NCBI RefSeq assembly: GCF_030684315.1
Contig: NC_081389.1
Coordinates: 18,915,203-18,979,202, forward strand
Direction: 5' to 3'
DNA length: 64,000 bases
DNA from: Stegostoma tigrinum
Taxonomy: Eukaryota
Part shown: positions 35,901-47,900 of the stretch, in pieces
Layout of the letters: every line of letters starts with the position of its first letter
Numbering within the stretch: position 1 is the first letter of the stretch
Made by a program: the position numbers and the translations under genes
Notes under the pieces: model-generated
What the model saw: only the letters and a program-made list of their open reading frames with translations
Told to the model about the DNA's origin: nothing
Databases searched by the model: none

Positions 35901-38900
35901 AATCTGAGTAGAGAATTATGGTGACCAATTTAGGCATGGGCAACTCAAGTCGTGACTGACAACCAAAAGTTGCTTGAAATTCAATCAACTTTTTTTTTTC
36001 CTGTATTTTGTTCCTTGTTCTCTTTCTCGCCCTGCCTTTCCCACACCCACATCCAGATGAGTGGTATTGAAGTCTGCAGTTCAGGTTCTGTACTTGTTCT
36101 GCGCTGAATTAGGCAATCTGTCTCTGCTGTCATCTCTGTGGCCTAGTGCCAAACTGATGCATTTACTGAGCCTAATTTTTGAATAAACTGAGAAAGTAAA
36201 ATACTTTGCCAGGAACTATATAATATTACATGTTCTGTTTTCCACTATCTCCCTTTTATTCTAAAGTAAATAGTCATTAAAATGCTCTATTGGTTTAAAA
36301 ATAAGTTATTGTGGAAGTGAGGAGCAGTAATTTTTGGTTAAAACATTCTTTGTTTATGAAATTTGGAGAAGTGCATTTTGTAACAGTTCAAATTTAATAA
36401 TGCTGTATAGATTGGCTTTCAGTAAACTTAAATGAGATGCATCATTACACCTCCTGGTGCAGGTTATATCCACAATGAGACCATAAGAGAGAGAACTTGA
36501 ATTGGACAGTTCAGCATATACAGTTTTCTCCGCCGTTTGATCATAGCTGCTATGTTTCCCAATCTCCTGCTCCAAGACACTCAATGACTTGGCCTCTGTG
36601 GCGAGTTCCACCAATTGGCAACCTGTTGACTGAAGAAATTCCTCCTGGTCTCAGTTCTCAAGGATCAACCCTTCATTCTGAGGTTGTGCCCTTGGTCCTT
36701 GCCACTCCTACTCTGGAAACAACTTCTCCGCATTCACTCTCAGGCTTTTCAATGTTCTGTAAGTTGCAATCAGATCCTTCCTCATCCTTTTTAAACTGAG
36801 TATAGACCCAAAAGTCCTCAACCATTCCTTGTATGATGAGCCCTTCATCCCTGGGATCATTCTTATAATCCTCCACTGAACCCCCTGCAGGCCAGCACAT
36901 CCATCCTTAGGTATGAGGCTCAAAACTCCTGTCAATATTCCAAATGTGACCAGGGCCTTAAACAGCCTCAACAGTATCTCTGCGATTTGTTTTAGCCCTC
37001 TTGAAATGAATGATAATGTTGCGTTTGCCTTTCTAACTGCCAACATGTTAACCATGAGAACCCTGAACGAGTACTCCCAATTTTATGCTTCAGATCTCTG
37101 ATGCCATTCCACAGTTAGAAAATAGTCCGTGTATCTTTTATTTCCTCCCCCCGCCTAAACCATAGCCTCACATTGTATTCCATCTGCCACTTTTCTACTC
37201 TCCTAGCCTGTCCAAATGCTTCTGCAGCCTTCTCACTTCATCAACGCCACCTGCCCCACTACCTGTCTTTGACATCTGCAAATTTAGCAACAATGCCCTT
37301 GTCCAGATCATTTAATATATCGTGAATAGATGTAATCCTAATGCAGACCCCTGCGAACTCTGCTAGTCACCAGCCGCTATTCTAAAAATGGCTCCTTTTA
37401 TCCCCATTGTATGGTTTCTGCCAATCAGTCAATCCTGTATCTGTGCCATACCTTGCCCCTAACACTGGTCTTTTATCTTATTTAGCAGCCTCCTGTGTGG
37501 CACCTAGTCAGAGGCCTCCTAGAAATTTTCTTAATTAATGTCCACTTGCTGTCTTCTGTTCAACTTTGTTGTTGCCTACTCTCAGAATTCTAACAGATTT
37601 GTCAGGCATGACCTCCCCTTGACAAAGTTGCACTGATTCAGCCCTATTTTACCATGCACTTTCAAGAACTCTGCAATCTCATCCTTAATAATGGATTTTG
37701 AAATCTTTCCATCAACTGGGCTCTGTCTAATCGGCTTATAATTCATTGTCCCTGCTTCTCTCTTCTCTTAAGCAGGAGTGTAACAATAGTCTGTGATTGC
37801 ACTGATTCTTGAAAGATCACAATGCCTCCCCTATCTCCACTCTTCTCTCCTTCAGACCTTGTGTGTAATCCAGCTGCTTTGGATGCTTTCAGATTCCCCA
37901 GCACCCCCTCCTTGGTGATGGCCTCTCGAAATTCTGGTATGCTGCAAGCATCTTCTGTGAAAACTGATGCAAAGCATCTATTAAGTTCCTCCACAATTTC
38001 TTTGTTCCCCATTACTGTTTCTCCAGCCTCCTTTTCCAGTGGCCCAATGTCTATTCTTGCCTGTCTTACCTCGTAGATATCTTAAAAGAAGATTCCAAGG
38101 GTATTTTTAATATGGCTAGCTTACATTCACGTTTCACCTACATTCTTATTGCATTTTTTTCAATAATGTTCTAGTTTTAAAGGCTTCCCACTAATCTTCA
38201 CACATTGTATGTTTTTTGTTTTGCTTTTATGCTGTCCCTTCACTTCTCTTAGCCACGGTTGCCTTGTCCTTCCCTTGGCATGTTGTTTCTTCTTTGACAT
38301 GAACTTCTGTGCCTCCCAAAATACCCCCAGAAACTCCTGCCTTTGCAGCTGTACCATCCTCTTTGCTTGACTCCCCTTCCAATCAACTTTGGCCATGTCC
38401 TCCCTCATATCTTTGTAGTTATCTTTACTCAATCGTAAATATTGTTATATCAGATGCCACCATCTTCCCCTCCAGACTGCACGGTGATTTCTGTCATATT
38501 ATGGTCACTGTTCTCTGGGGGGTCGGGGGGTTCCACAAATTCCTTTTCAGATTCACTACCAAACTGATCTAGTCCATCTCCCTGTTGAAGTCCCCACATT
38601 TATTGTAATCATGCTTTTCTTGCATGATATACATTTATGCTCTCTTGTCTATTACAAGTCAAGGGGTTTCACAGGATTTATTGTTCAGTGGTATGCTTTT
38701 TTGGTTACTATCCTAAGCTTTTGTGTATCCCAAAGCATGTGCTCCTGGCCCTCAATCTGTAACAATGTGCTAAGAGATGAGTTAATCTTTGCTAACACGA
38801 GCAAACTTTGGAAATTTTGGACATCAACCCCTTCTTTTAGTTCCAGCTGACTTTAATTGTATTATCACTTGAAGGAATGGAATATTGTTTGCTCTATACA

Positions 38901-41900
38901 ATTTTTAAAAAGAAGCAAATATTTGAATCTTTTTCTGTTTAATCAATCAACTTTTACCTCCAGTTCAACTGTATCAGTTTGTTTCTAAGTCAGCCATTTT
39001 CCTCAATACGTAAGTGTCTTTTTCTTATTAAATCATGCATGTTATCTCCATAAGTCAATAGTTCACACTAAAATGCACATTTATTATACAACCTCTGTAT
39101 TTTATACAGGTATTGTACTTGACATTTGTAAGTTAGTGCAACTAATATTTGTATATCCATCTCAAATTTAGCCAACCAGTTACATTCGTTTGGCCTGTTG
39201 CATTCTCTGTAATTTAGCTATGGAAATTTTACTAGATTTTTTTGATGGACAAACTTAACTTTTGTTCAAGGTTGTTTTTCATATTTGTTCTCTAGCAAAC
39301 CTGTACCCAAAAGGGAAATCTGATAGTTTCCTTTGTCATTTCCATATATTTCATTAACTGGCATTGTATCTCTACATTGGGGAAACCAAGCAGAGGCTTG
39401 GAGACCGCTTTGCAGAACACTTCCGCTCGGTTTGCAATAAACAACTACACCTCCCAGTCGCAAACCATTTTAACTTCCCCTCCCATTCCTTAGACGACAT
39501 GCCCATAATGGGCCTCCTGCAGTTCCACAATGATGCCACCCAAAGGTTGCAGGAACAGCAACTCATATTCCACTTGGGAACCTTGCAGCCCAATGGTATC
39601 AATGTGGACTTCACAAGCTTCAAAATCCACCCCCCCCCCGCCGGCCACTGCATGGCAAAACCAGCCCAGCTTGTCCCCGCCTCCCTAACCTGTTCTTCCT
39701 CTCACCTATCCCCTCCTCCCACCTCAAGCCACACCTCCATTTCCCACCCACCAACCTCATCCCGCCTCCTTGCCTTGTCCGTCCGTCCTCCCCGCACTGA
39801 CCTATCCACTCTCCACCTGTCTTCTCCTCCATCCATCTTCGGTACACCTCCCCCTCTCTCCCTATTTATTTCAGAACCCTCTCCCCATCCCCTTCTCTGA
39901 TGGGTCTAGGCCCGAAACGTCAGCTTTTGTGCTCCTGAGATGCTGCTTGGCCTGCTGTGTTTATCCAGCTACACATTTTGTTATCTTGTATTTCTATTAC
40001 ATTGCTTTCAGCTTTGAGTTTTAAGCTTTGTCTCAGGTGTTTTTACTTTTTTCAAGTTTGGGTCCAGGGGTCTTAAAATGTGCATGAAAATATTGCTGAG
40101 TGTCCCTCAATGCATTTATATTTTGCAATTATCCACTAATTATAAATAAACTTTTTTATAATGTGTAGTGTAAACCCTAAAGGATTTTTCATGCAATGGC
40201 TGCTACTTTGCTCTGACAGATTTAAACTTTAGTTTGATCAATGTAACTTCACTAATGCCCAGACCACTTTAAACTATCTGGACAGTAACTTTGAGACAAA
40301 TTAGCATCTCGTTTTTGGTGAATGATCACGAATATATAGTGTGTGTTTGACCATGCTTGGAATCAAGAATCAAATGTAATACTTTCACAAAAACATTTTA
40401 TGGAGACTGCCATAAATCTCTGGCAAATATTTATTAAGTCATTCATTTCAGTGAAGTGGAATTCATATTTACACACAAACCACCTCAAGCTGCTTCAGCA
40501 CTAGTAGTTCTATCTACAAAGCACAGTAACGCATTGATTTGTTAGGTGCAAACAACCTGTGATATTTTAATACTTGTGGTTCAAGAAAGTCTCCTTGATT
40601 TCTCTTGCCTCACATCTCTTTGAAGGTCGACTCCTTGATGCATAGTTTCTAATCAAACTGTTCAAAGATGTTGTTATATGCCTCTGATCAGGTGGGGCTT
40701 GAACCAGGCCTCCTTGCTTAGAAGTGGGGATACCTTCACTGTGCCACAAGACTTAGAGGTCTGCTTACAGACCTTGTTACAGTTGGTTTCTATGAAAAAT
40801 GTTTGGTACTTAATTATCTTTAGCCTAAATCCCTTTTTTCATGCGTGTTATTACTGAGACACTCTAATTATAGAGGATGTATTGGGATGCTAGAGGTAAT
40901 CTTGATTGTTCACCTGGAATTCACGTGCTTGCTTTCTGTAGATCTTGCTAGACAAAAGAGGATGGTAGCTGCTTTTTTTAAACACACTCAACCCCCTTCC
41001 CTGAACTGTGGTAATGAGGTGGATTTTAATACTGTGACTTTCCGTTTCTATATCGGCCAAAATTGAATCTGATATATTTATGGTGTAGATAACTCTTCAC
41101 TATATGATGTTTCTAAAATAAGTGGTGAGGATACTTCTAAAGTAACAGTCTTGTATGTTAAATTGAATTGTTATTGTAAGACAATTAAGTTTTAAAACTA
41201 TTGCAAGTTAGATTTTAGGTGTGTTATTTGAAATAAGACAGTAAACATATGTTTATGGGGCCATTGTAGTGTAGCAACATTTCAGCCCTGAACTAGTAAT
41301 CCAGAGCCCCAGGGTGCCATTCTGATTGTGAGTTAAAGTACAATAATGGAACCTGGTGGAAATTAAATTCAGTTAGTAAATCTGGAATTGAAAGCTAATC
41401 TCAGTATGGTAACCATGAAACTGATCATTGTTGTACAAATGAATTGTTGTCCCTAATATCCCTTTTGTTTTAAGGGAAGGAAATCCATTTCAAGCCCACC
41501 GACTCCCACAGCCACCTTCCACCCCAACCTTCAGTTCACCTGGGCCATCTCCAGCACATCCCTCACCTTCCTGGACCTCTCAGTCTCCATCTCAGGCAAC
41601 CAGCTTGTAACTGATGTCCATTTCAAGCCCACCGACTCCCACAGCTACCTAGAATACTACACCTCCCACCCACCCTCCTGCAAAAATTCCATCCCCTATT
41701 CCCAATTCCTCCGCCTCCGCCGCATCTGCTCCCACGATAAGACATTCCACTCCCGCACATCCCAGATGTCCAAGTTCTTTAAGGACCGCAACTTCCCCCC
41801 CACGGTGATTGAGAACGCCCTTGACCGCGTCTCCCGCATTTCCCGCGACACATCCCTCACACCCCGCCCCCGCCACAACCGCCCCAAGAGGATCCCCCTC

Positions 41901-44900
41901 GTTCTCACACACCACCCTACCAACCTCCGGATACAACGCATTATCCTCCGACACTTCCGCCATTTACAATCCGACCCCACCACCCAAGACATTTTTCCAT
42001 CCCCACCCCTGTCTGCTTTCCGGAGAGACCACTCTCTCCGTGACTCCCTTGTTCGCTCCACACTGCCCTCCAACCCCACCACACCCGGCACCTTCCCCTG
42101 CAACCGCAGGAAATGCTACACTTGTCCCCACACCTCCTCCCTCACCCCCATCCCAGGCCCCAAGATGACATTCCACATTAAGCAGAGGTTCACCTGCACA
42201 TCTGCCAATGTGGTATACTGCATCCACTGTACCCGGTGCAGCTTTCTCTACATTGGGGAAACCAAGCGGAGGCTTGGGGACCGCTTTGCAGAACACCTCC
42301 GCTCAGTTCGCAACAAACAACTGCACCTCCCAGTCGCAAACCATTTCCACTCCCCCTCCCATTCTCTTGATGACATGTCCATCATGGGCCTCCTGCACTG
42401 CCACAATGATGCCACCCGAAGGTTGCAGGAACAGCAACTCATATTCCGCCTGGGAACCCTGCAGCCTAATGGTATCAATGTGGACTTCACCAGTTTCAAA
42501 ATCTCCCCTTCCCCCACTGCATCCCTAAACCAGCCCAGTTCATCCCCTCCCCCCACTGCACCACACAACCAACCCAGCTCTTCCCCCCCACCCACTGCAT
42601 CCCAAAACCAGTCCAACCTGTCTCTGCCTCCCTAACCGGTTCTTCCTCTCACCCATCCCTTCCTCCCACCCCAAGCCGCACCCCCAGCTACCTACTAACC
42701 TCATCCCACCTCCTTGACCTGTCCGTCTTCCCTGGACTGACCTATCCCCTCCCTACCTCCCCACCTACACCCTCTCCACCTATCTTCTTTACTCTCCATC
42801 TTCGGTCCGCCTCCCCCTCTCTCCCTATTTATTCCAGTTCCCTCCCCCCATCCCCCTCTCTGATGAAGGGTCTAGGCCCGAAACGTCAGCTTTTGTGCTC
42901 CTGAGATGCTGCTTGGCCTGCTGTGTTCATCCAGCCTCACATTTTATTATCTAAGATAAAAATGAATAGGCTTCTGGTAAAACTATACTTTGAGAAATAT
43001 GTCCAACTTCAATCAACAATGTGAAAAAGTGGCATTCATGCCAGTACAAGAGCCAAAGGGCTATTCCCAATTGGTGAAGAATTGAGTATGGAAAAGATAG
43101 GAAGGAGAACATTGGCCTCTCACCCCTGAAATGACCTCAACTCGTGAAATAGTATTGTAAAACAAAGCTGGGCATTAAGTAAAAATTAAAACAAGAGGGC
43201 TGATTTGAGTTGAAGGTAAGTGTAGGTGGATTCTGAGGACTTTTTTATATAAAAAGATCAATGTATGAAACAATTGCAGGCAGAAAATAGAAATGATTAA
43301 ACAAAAGTTAAGACCTTGAAGTTATTTGAATAATAAATGCATACCTGGATGGGAGAACTGGTTTTTCTGGATGGCTCTTGTGAATCTTTATCTTTGGATT
43401 AAAATTTTAGCTTCTCGAGTTATATGGTTTCATTTTCAAGAACTTGCTGGGGGTGTGAAGAGAACATTGAAGAGGATTTAATCAAAGAACTAAGAGAATC
43501 TGTTCTGATGAAGAGTTGAAACATTCAGTTCTTTGAGTTAACTCTTCTTTCAGATGCTGCCAGACCTGCCGAGTTTCTCTGGTAGTTTGCTTTTGTTTCA
43601 GATTTCCAGCATCTGCAGTTCTAAGTTAACTCCTTTTTAAAAAAAAACCCCAGAATGCCTCTGCATTTACTATCAGCTGCATTAAGCTTGTTAAACCCTC
43701 CAGCATGCCTGATCTTGCCAATCAGCAAGAGTTCTCTCATTAGTGGCTGCTAATCAAACATTATTAAGCTGGAAAAGGTTTGGGAGGGCAAGGTAGGACT
43801 GGATGATAATGAAGCTGTATAATTCGTGTAGTTTGGCTATCTTTCTCTGCTTTTACAGCTTGACTGAATTTGATTAGTCAAGTTGAATGCCACCTTAGGC
43901 ATCTTTTCAGTAAATGTACAATATACTGAGGACAGTAATTGGTGGTAAACTAATATAGGACATTAATTGGAGTAGTGAGCTAGTTTGATCTTAAGCTAGA
44001 AAGTAGACTTCTGATTTTGCCCTAATATTTAACTTGTTGATTCAATTTTGCAAAGTAACTTCATTACTGATGTATATGCCAAATGTTAATGCATTTTTTT
44101 GGTGTTCAGTCAGTTGGGGCTAATTATTGTTGGCATTTGAAAGACACAGTTGATGGAGAAAGATCATTATTCAACCTGCATTCTGAACCTTCAAAATTAG
44201 ACTTGAAATTGCCATTCAGATTACCAATGGGAATAACCAAAATGGAATCAGTTTCATCAACTTAGCTCATGGTGATATCTGGTGCTGCTTACTAAAATTT
44301 CATTTGCTTCAGTTTCAGCTAAAGAAACAAAATAAACAAAGAAAATTGTATATTTGTGTCTCCAGGAGATACTACAAAGTGTAGTCGTAGCAGCTGTTAC
44401 AGTTAAAATATTAAGATACGTTTTCAGCTGATCTGTGAAATCATTCTAATAAGTGCTGCCAAGGCACCTGACAACATTTTCTGCTCTCGGAATAGTGACA
44501 CATTTGTTGAAAGCTTGTGTTGGTTTGGTTTAATAACCCATCTGAAAGATGACATCTTTGCCAGTGCAATACTGCCTCTATACGGGGGCTAAAATCAGTT
44601 GAAGCACATTTTGCTACTTTGCCCAAACACCCTGTTAAATTCACTTGGGATGTGAAACCAGGGAATTTACTGCTAAATCTAGAAATCCACCCTGACAAAT
44701 GAGACACTTTTTTAATGCACTGATTTCTGAACTAGTTGTAAATGAGCGCTTCATCAGTTGCAAAATTGAAGACTTAATTTCTTAAGCCATAAAACATGTA
44801 TTACTGCAACTGGGCCTGTTCAATACAGCATGCAATTTAATATCCAGCTGTACCTTCAAACTTGGCAAATTGATTTTCTTCTTTGTCCATAAACAAAAGG

Positions 44901-47900
44901 ACAACCCCCTACTTTGGCAATGTTGTGAAGGCAATCCATGAATCTCTTAGAAACAGTGGTGCCAAAGGTTTATGGTAAGCCAGGCATTAAAAGGTTTCCA
45001 CTATATTACAATTTTTTTTTAAGAACATTGAAGTAAAAGAATGGCATCTCTTCGTGGAACTGTTGAAGAATGGTATGCAATTGAACAGCTTAAGTTAGAA
45101 GTCCCCGACTTAATTGCCACCAATTCAAATGAATAGACATTGTGCTTTTGTCTACCCCGGGGGCGGTGGGGGGGCGCTTTTGGAAAATTCTGTTCACCTG
45201 AATTTTTTTAGGGGACAAGTCTCTACATTTTATTCATGACATTAATAAACTGTTGTTGGCTTTTGAATGGGTGCAATCATATGTGACTGTATGGCAGTCG
45301 TTTTAATACAGCAATGAAGCATTTCTGTTGTCAGTTAAGTTTAGTGACATCAGAGGCAAATGTATTATTCTGTTGTGTCCTTGATTTAATTTTATGGCAG
45401 TCACGGAGATAGGGATGCTTTGTCTGGGCTATCTGAGTTATTATGGTAATCTTTACTGTCAAGAAAAGATAGCATTGTCTCTATCTAGGCATTGAAAATG
45501 AAATACCAGAGGATGCCTGGCTCTCGAGGATCAGTACATCAGTGAGTTAGTACTTAACATGATGGAGTAAGGGTAGTTGACTGGAAAAGTAAGCTTGTTC
45601 AATTATTTTATTCACTAACCTTGCTGGTGTTGTGAATTGCAAATACCGTTGCTTAAATAGAAGCCAGAGGGAGAGATTGAGAAACACATGAGGATGTTCA
45701 GTATAGTACTATTTGAGATGAGATCAGAAAGCCACCTGTCTAGTTCTGTGTTCAGTTTAATATTCACCCACTAACTAATCTAGATTCAGATCTTCACTTT
45801 CACACTTCCCACTTCCTTGAGAGAATCTTGTTCTTTTGAATACTATCGCTTGTGTTCTTAGCCAGTATGTTTCTGTTTCCTCAGGATCCGTCAGTGACTC
45901 AGCTGACGAATGCCAACCAGCAAGGTATTGATGACTTCAATCCATTCACTGAAAACTCCAGGCTGGTAAGTTTGATTGCTACATCATCATTTTTGCTCTC
46001 TGGGCCAAAAAACAAACTTCAGCACTCCTTATGTCTTGGGCTGCGCACAAACTGGAAAAATAGGTTCAGACTGCTTGAGTTTTACTTCAGAGACAGGAAG
46101 GAAATGATAGCATTAATTGAATTTATTGTCACATGTACTGAAGTACAGTGAAAAGCTTTGTTTACAAGCAGCTCATAGTAGGCAAGGATGTATAGATGAG
46201 AGGTTGTAAAAAGAGTAAGACACTCATACAGTTTACGTTGCGTAAGGCATGCGAGATCAATGTTACCAAAATCAGCATTATTTGAGGCCAGAAAGTCCAT
46301 TTGTCTGTCTAATAATGGTTGGGAAGAACCCATTCTTGAACCTGCTGGCGTGTGTTCAGGCTTCTATATCTTCTGCCTGACAGTAGTAGTTGCAGGAGAT
46401 CATTACTGCGGACTTTGTCGGCAGCCTTCCTGCGGCAGCGAGCTGTGTAAATGGAGTCCAGTGTATTCTCTGCTTTGCAGCCAAGAAAAATTGTTAATCA
46501 CTTGAGCTTTTGGTCTTAACTGGGTTGAAGAAGTAATTTCAGAAGATTATATTGCTTTCCTTTCAATGTAGATGATTGGTTAGATGAGTAACTAAGGCAA
46601 CATTGAAAACTTAGCAGAAAGCTGTCAAAATGTTGCTTGTATAATTTTGGCCAACTGAAAATTCCTCAAGAGATTTTTGCTTTGTGATTTATTAACACGT
46701 CAACTTTTATTTTAACACACTACTTATTTGTAGAAAGATGTGATTTAGTATGAAATATTTTTGCATGGTACTGTTTTGGGATTTGTTTTATTGGTGGTTT
46801 CGTTTTAAATGTCTACTTAATAGTTTAATTTAGTGCAATAATAAAAATATTACCAACATACACAAATGGCTGTGCCAGGTTTCATCAGAGGAAATGTGAA
46901 GAATAGCCAGAAATAATATATTAGCTATTGGAAACCAGTTATTTCAGATCTGCATTATTCAGACATTATGAACAGCAAATGTAAATGTAATCTATAAGTT
47001 AGTTGTTTTCTTCTGATTTTCTCTACACCCCACTGAGGTATCAACCCCAACTGGCATTGACTTTAACCCATTGACTTATCACCTCACCTAAGTGGGCTGA
47101 TAGTGAAGGTAGGAATCAAATGCCCCTAAATCTGACATGGTTACGACCTGATGTGTATTCCCAGCAGAGAACACTTGATAAGGATCAATAATGTATGATC
47201 TTTTTCTCCCCTCTTCCTTGGCCGTGTGCCTTGGACTAATGAGAGGATCCCAGGTATCACTTCGCTTTAAGGGTGAACTTTTAAAAATTCATTCATAGGG
47301 CGTGGGCATCACTGGCTGGTCAGAATTTTTACTTATCCCTAGTTGCCCTTGAGAAGGTGGTCATGCACTGTCTGCTTGAACCACTGCAGCCCATGTGTTG
47401 TAGGTAGATACATAGTGCATTTAGGGAAGGAATTCCATGATTTTTGACCCAGTGACACTGAAGGAACAGTGCTATTTTCCAAGCTGGGAGAATTTGCAGA
47501 TGGGAGTGTTCTCATGTTTCTGCTGCCGTCCTCCTGGAACAGTGGTTGTGGAAGATGTTGTCTAAGACCCCTTAGTGAATTTCTCTAGTGCTTCTTGTCG
47601 GTGGTACACACTGCTACTGCACGTGGAGACAGTGGATGTGGTTCCAATCAAATTGGCTACTTTGACTTGGATAGCGTCAAGCTGCTACCGGAGCTCTGTT
47701 CACCTGGGTAACTGGGGGCATCCCATCACTCCTGGCGTTATTAATTCATTCCCCAGATGAGGGCATCACTGACTGTGCCAGCATTAATTGACCGTCCCAA
47801 AGTCAACTACGTTGCTGTGGCTCTGGAGTCACATGTAAGCCAGACCAGGTAAGGATGACAGTTTCCTTCCCTAAAAGACATCAATGAATGCAGATACCCA

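Larger units (their letters stand above)
31970..35964. repeat. Old ~360-bp inverted duplication: left arm 31970-32028 plus 33707-34012 (split by a PLE), right arm 35605-35964
   Basis: e.g. caattgccactatacctgaaat and ctccacacctgggttca in the left arm have reverse complements at ~35697-35740. Confidence 0.88.

Noticed and set aside
41649-42616. Long antisense and alternative-frame ORFs over PLE copies (also at 8018-8688 and 24059-25300)
   Set aside because: By-products of the C-rich, stop-poor PLE sequence.
3588-42952. Recurring ~30-nt palindromic motif suggestive of CRISPR repeats
   Set aside because: Dispersed, no spacer array or cas genes, eukaryotic context; it is the PLE hammerhead.
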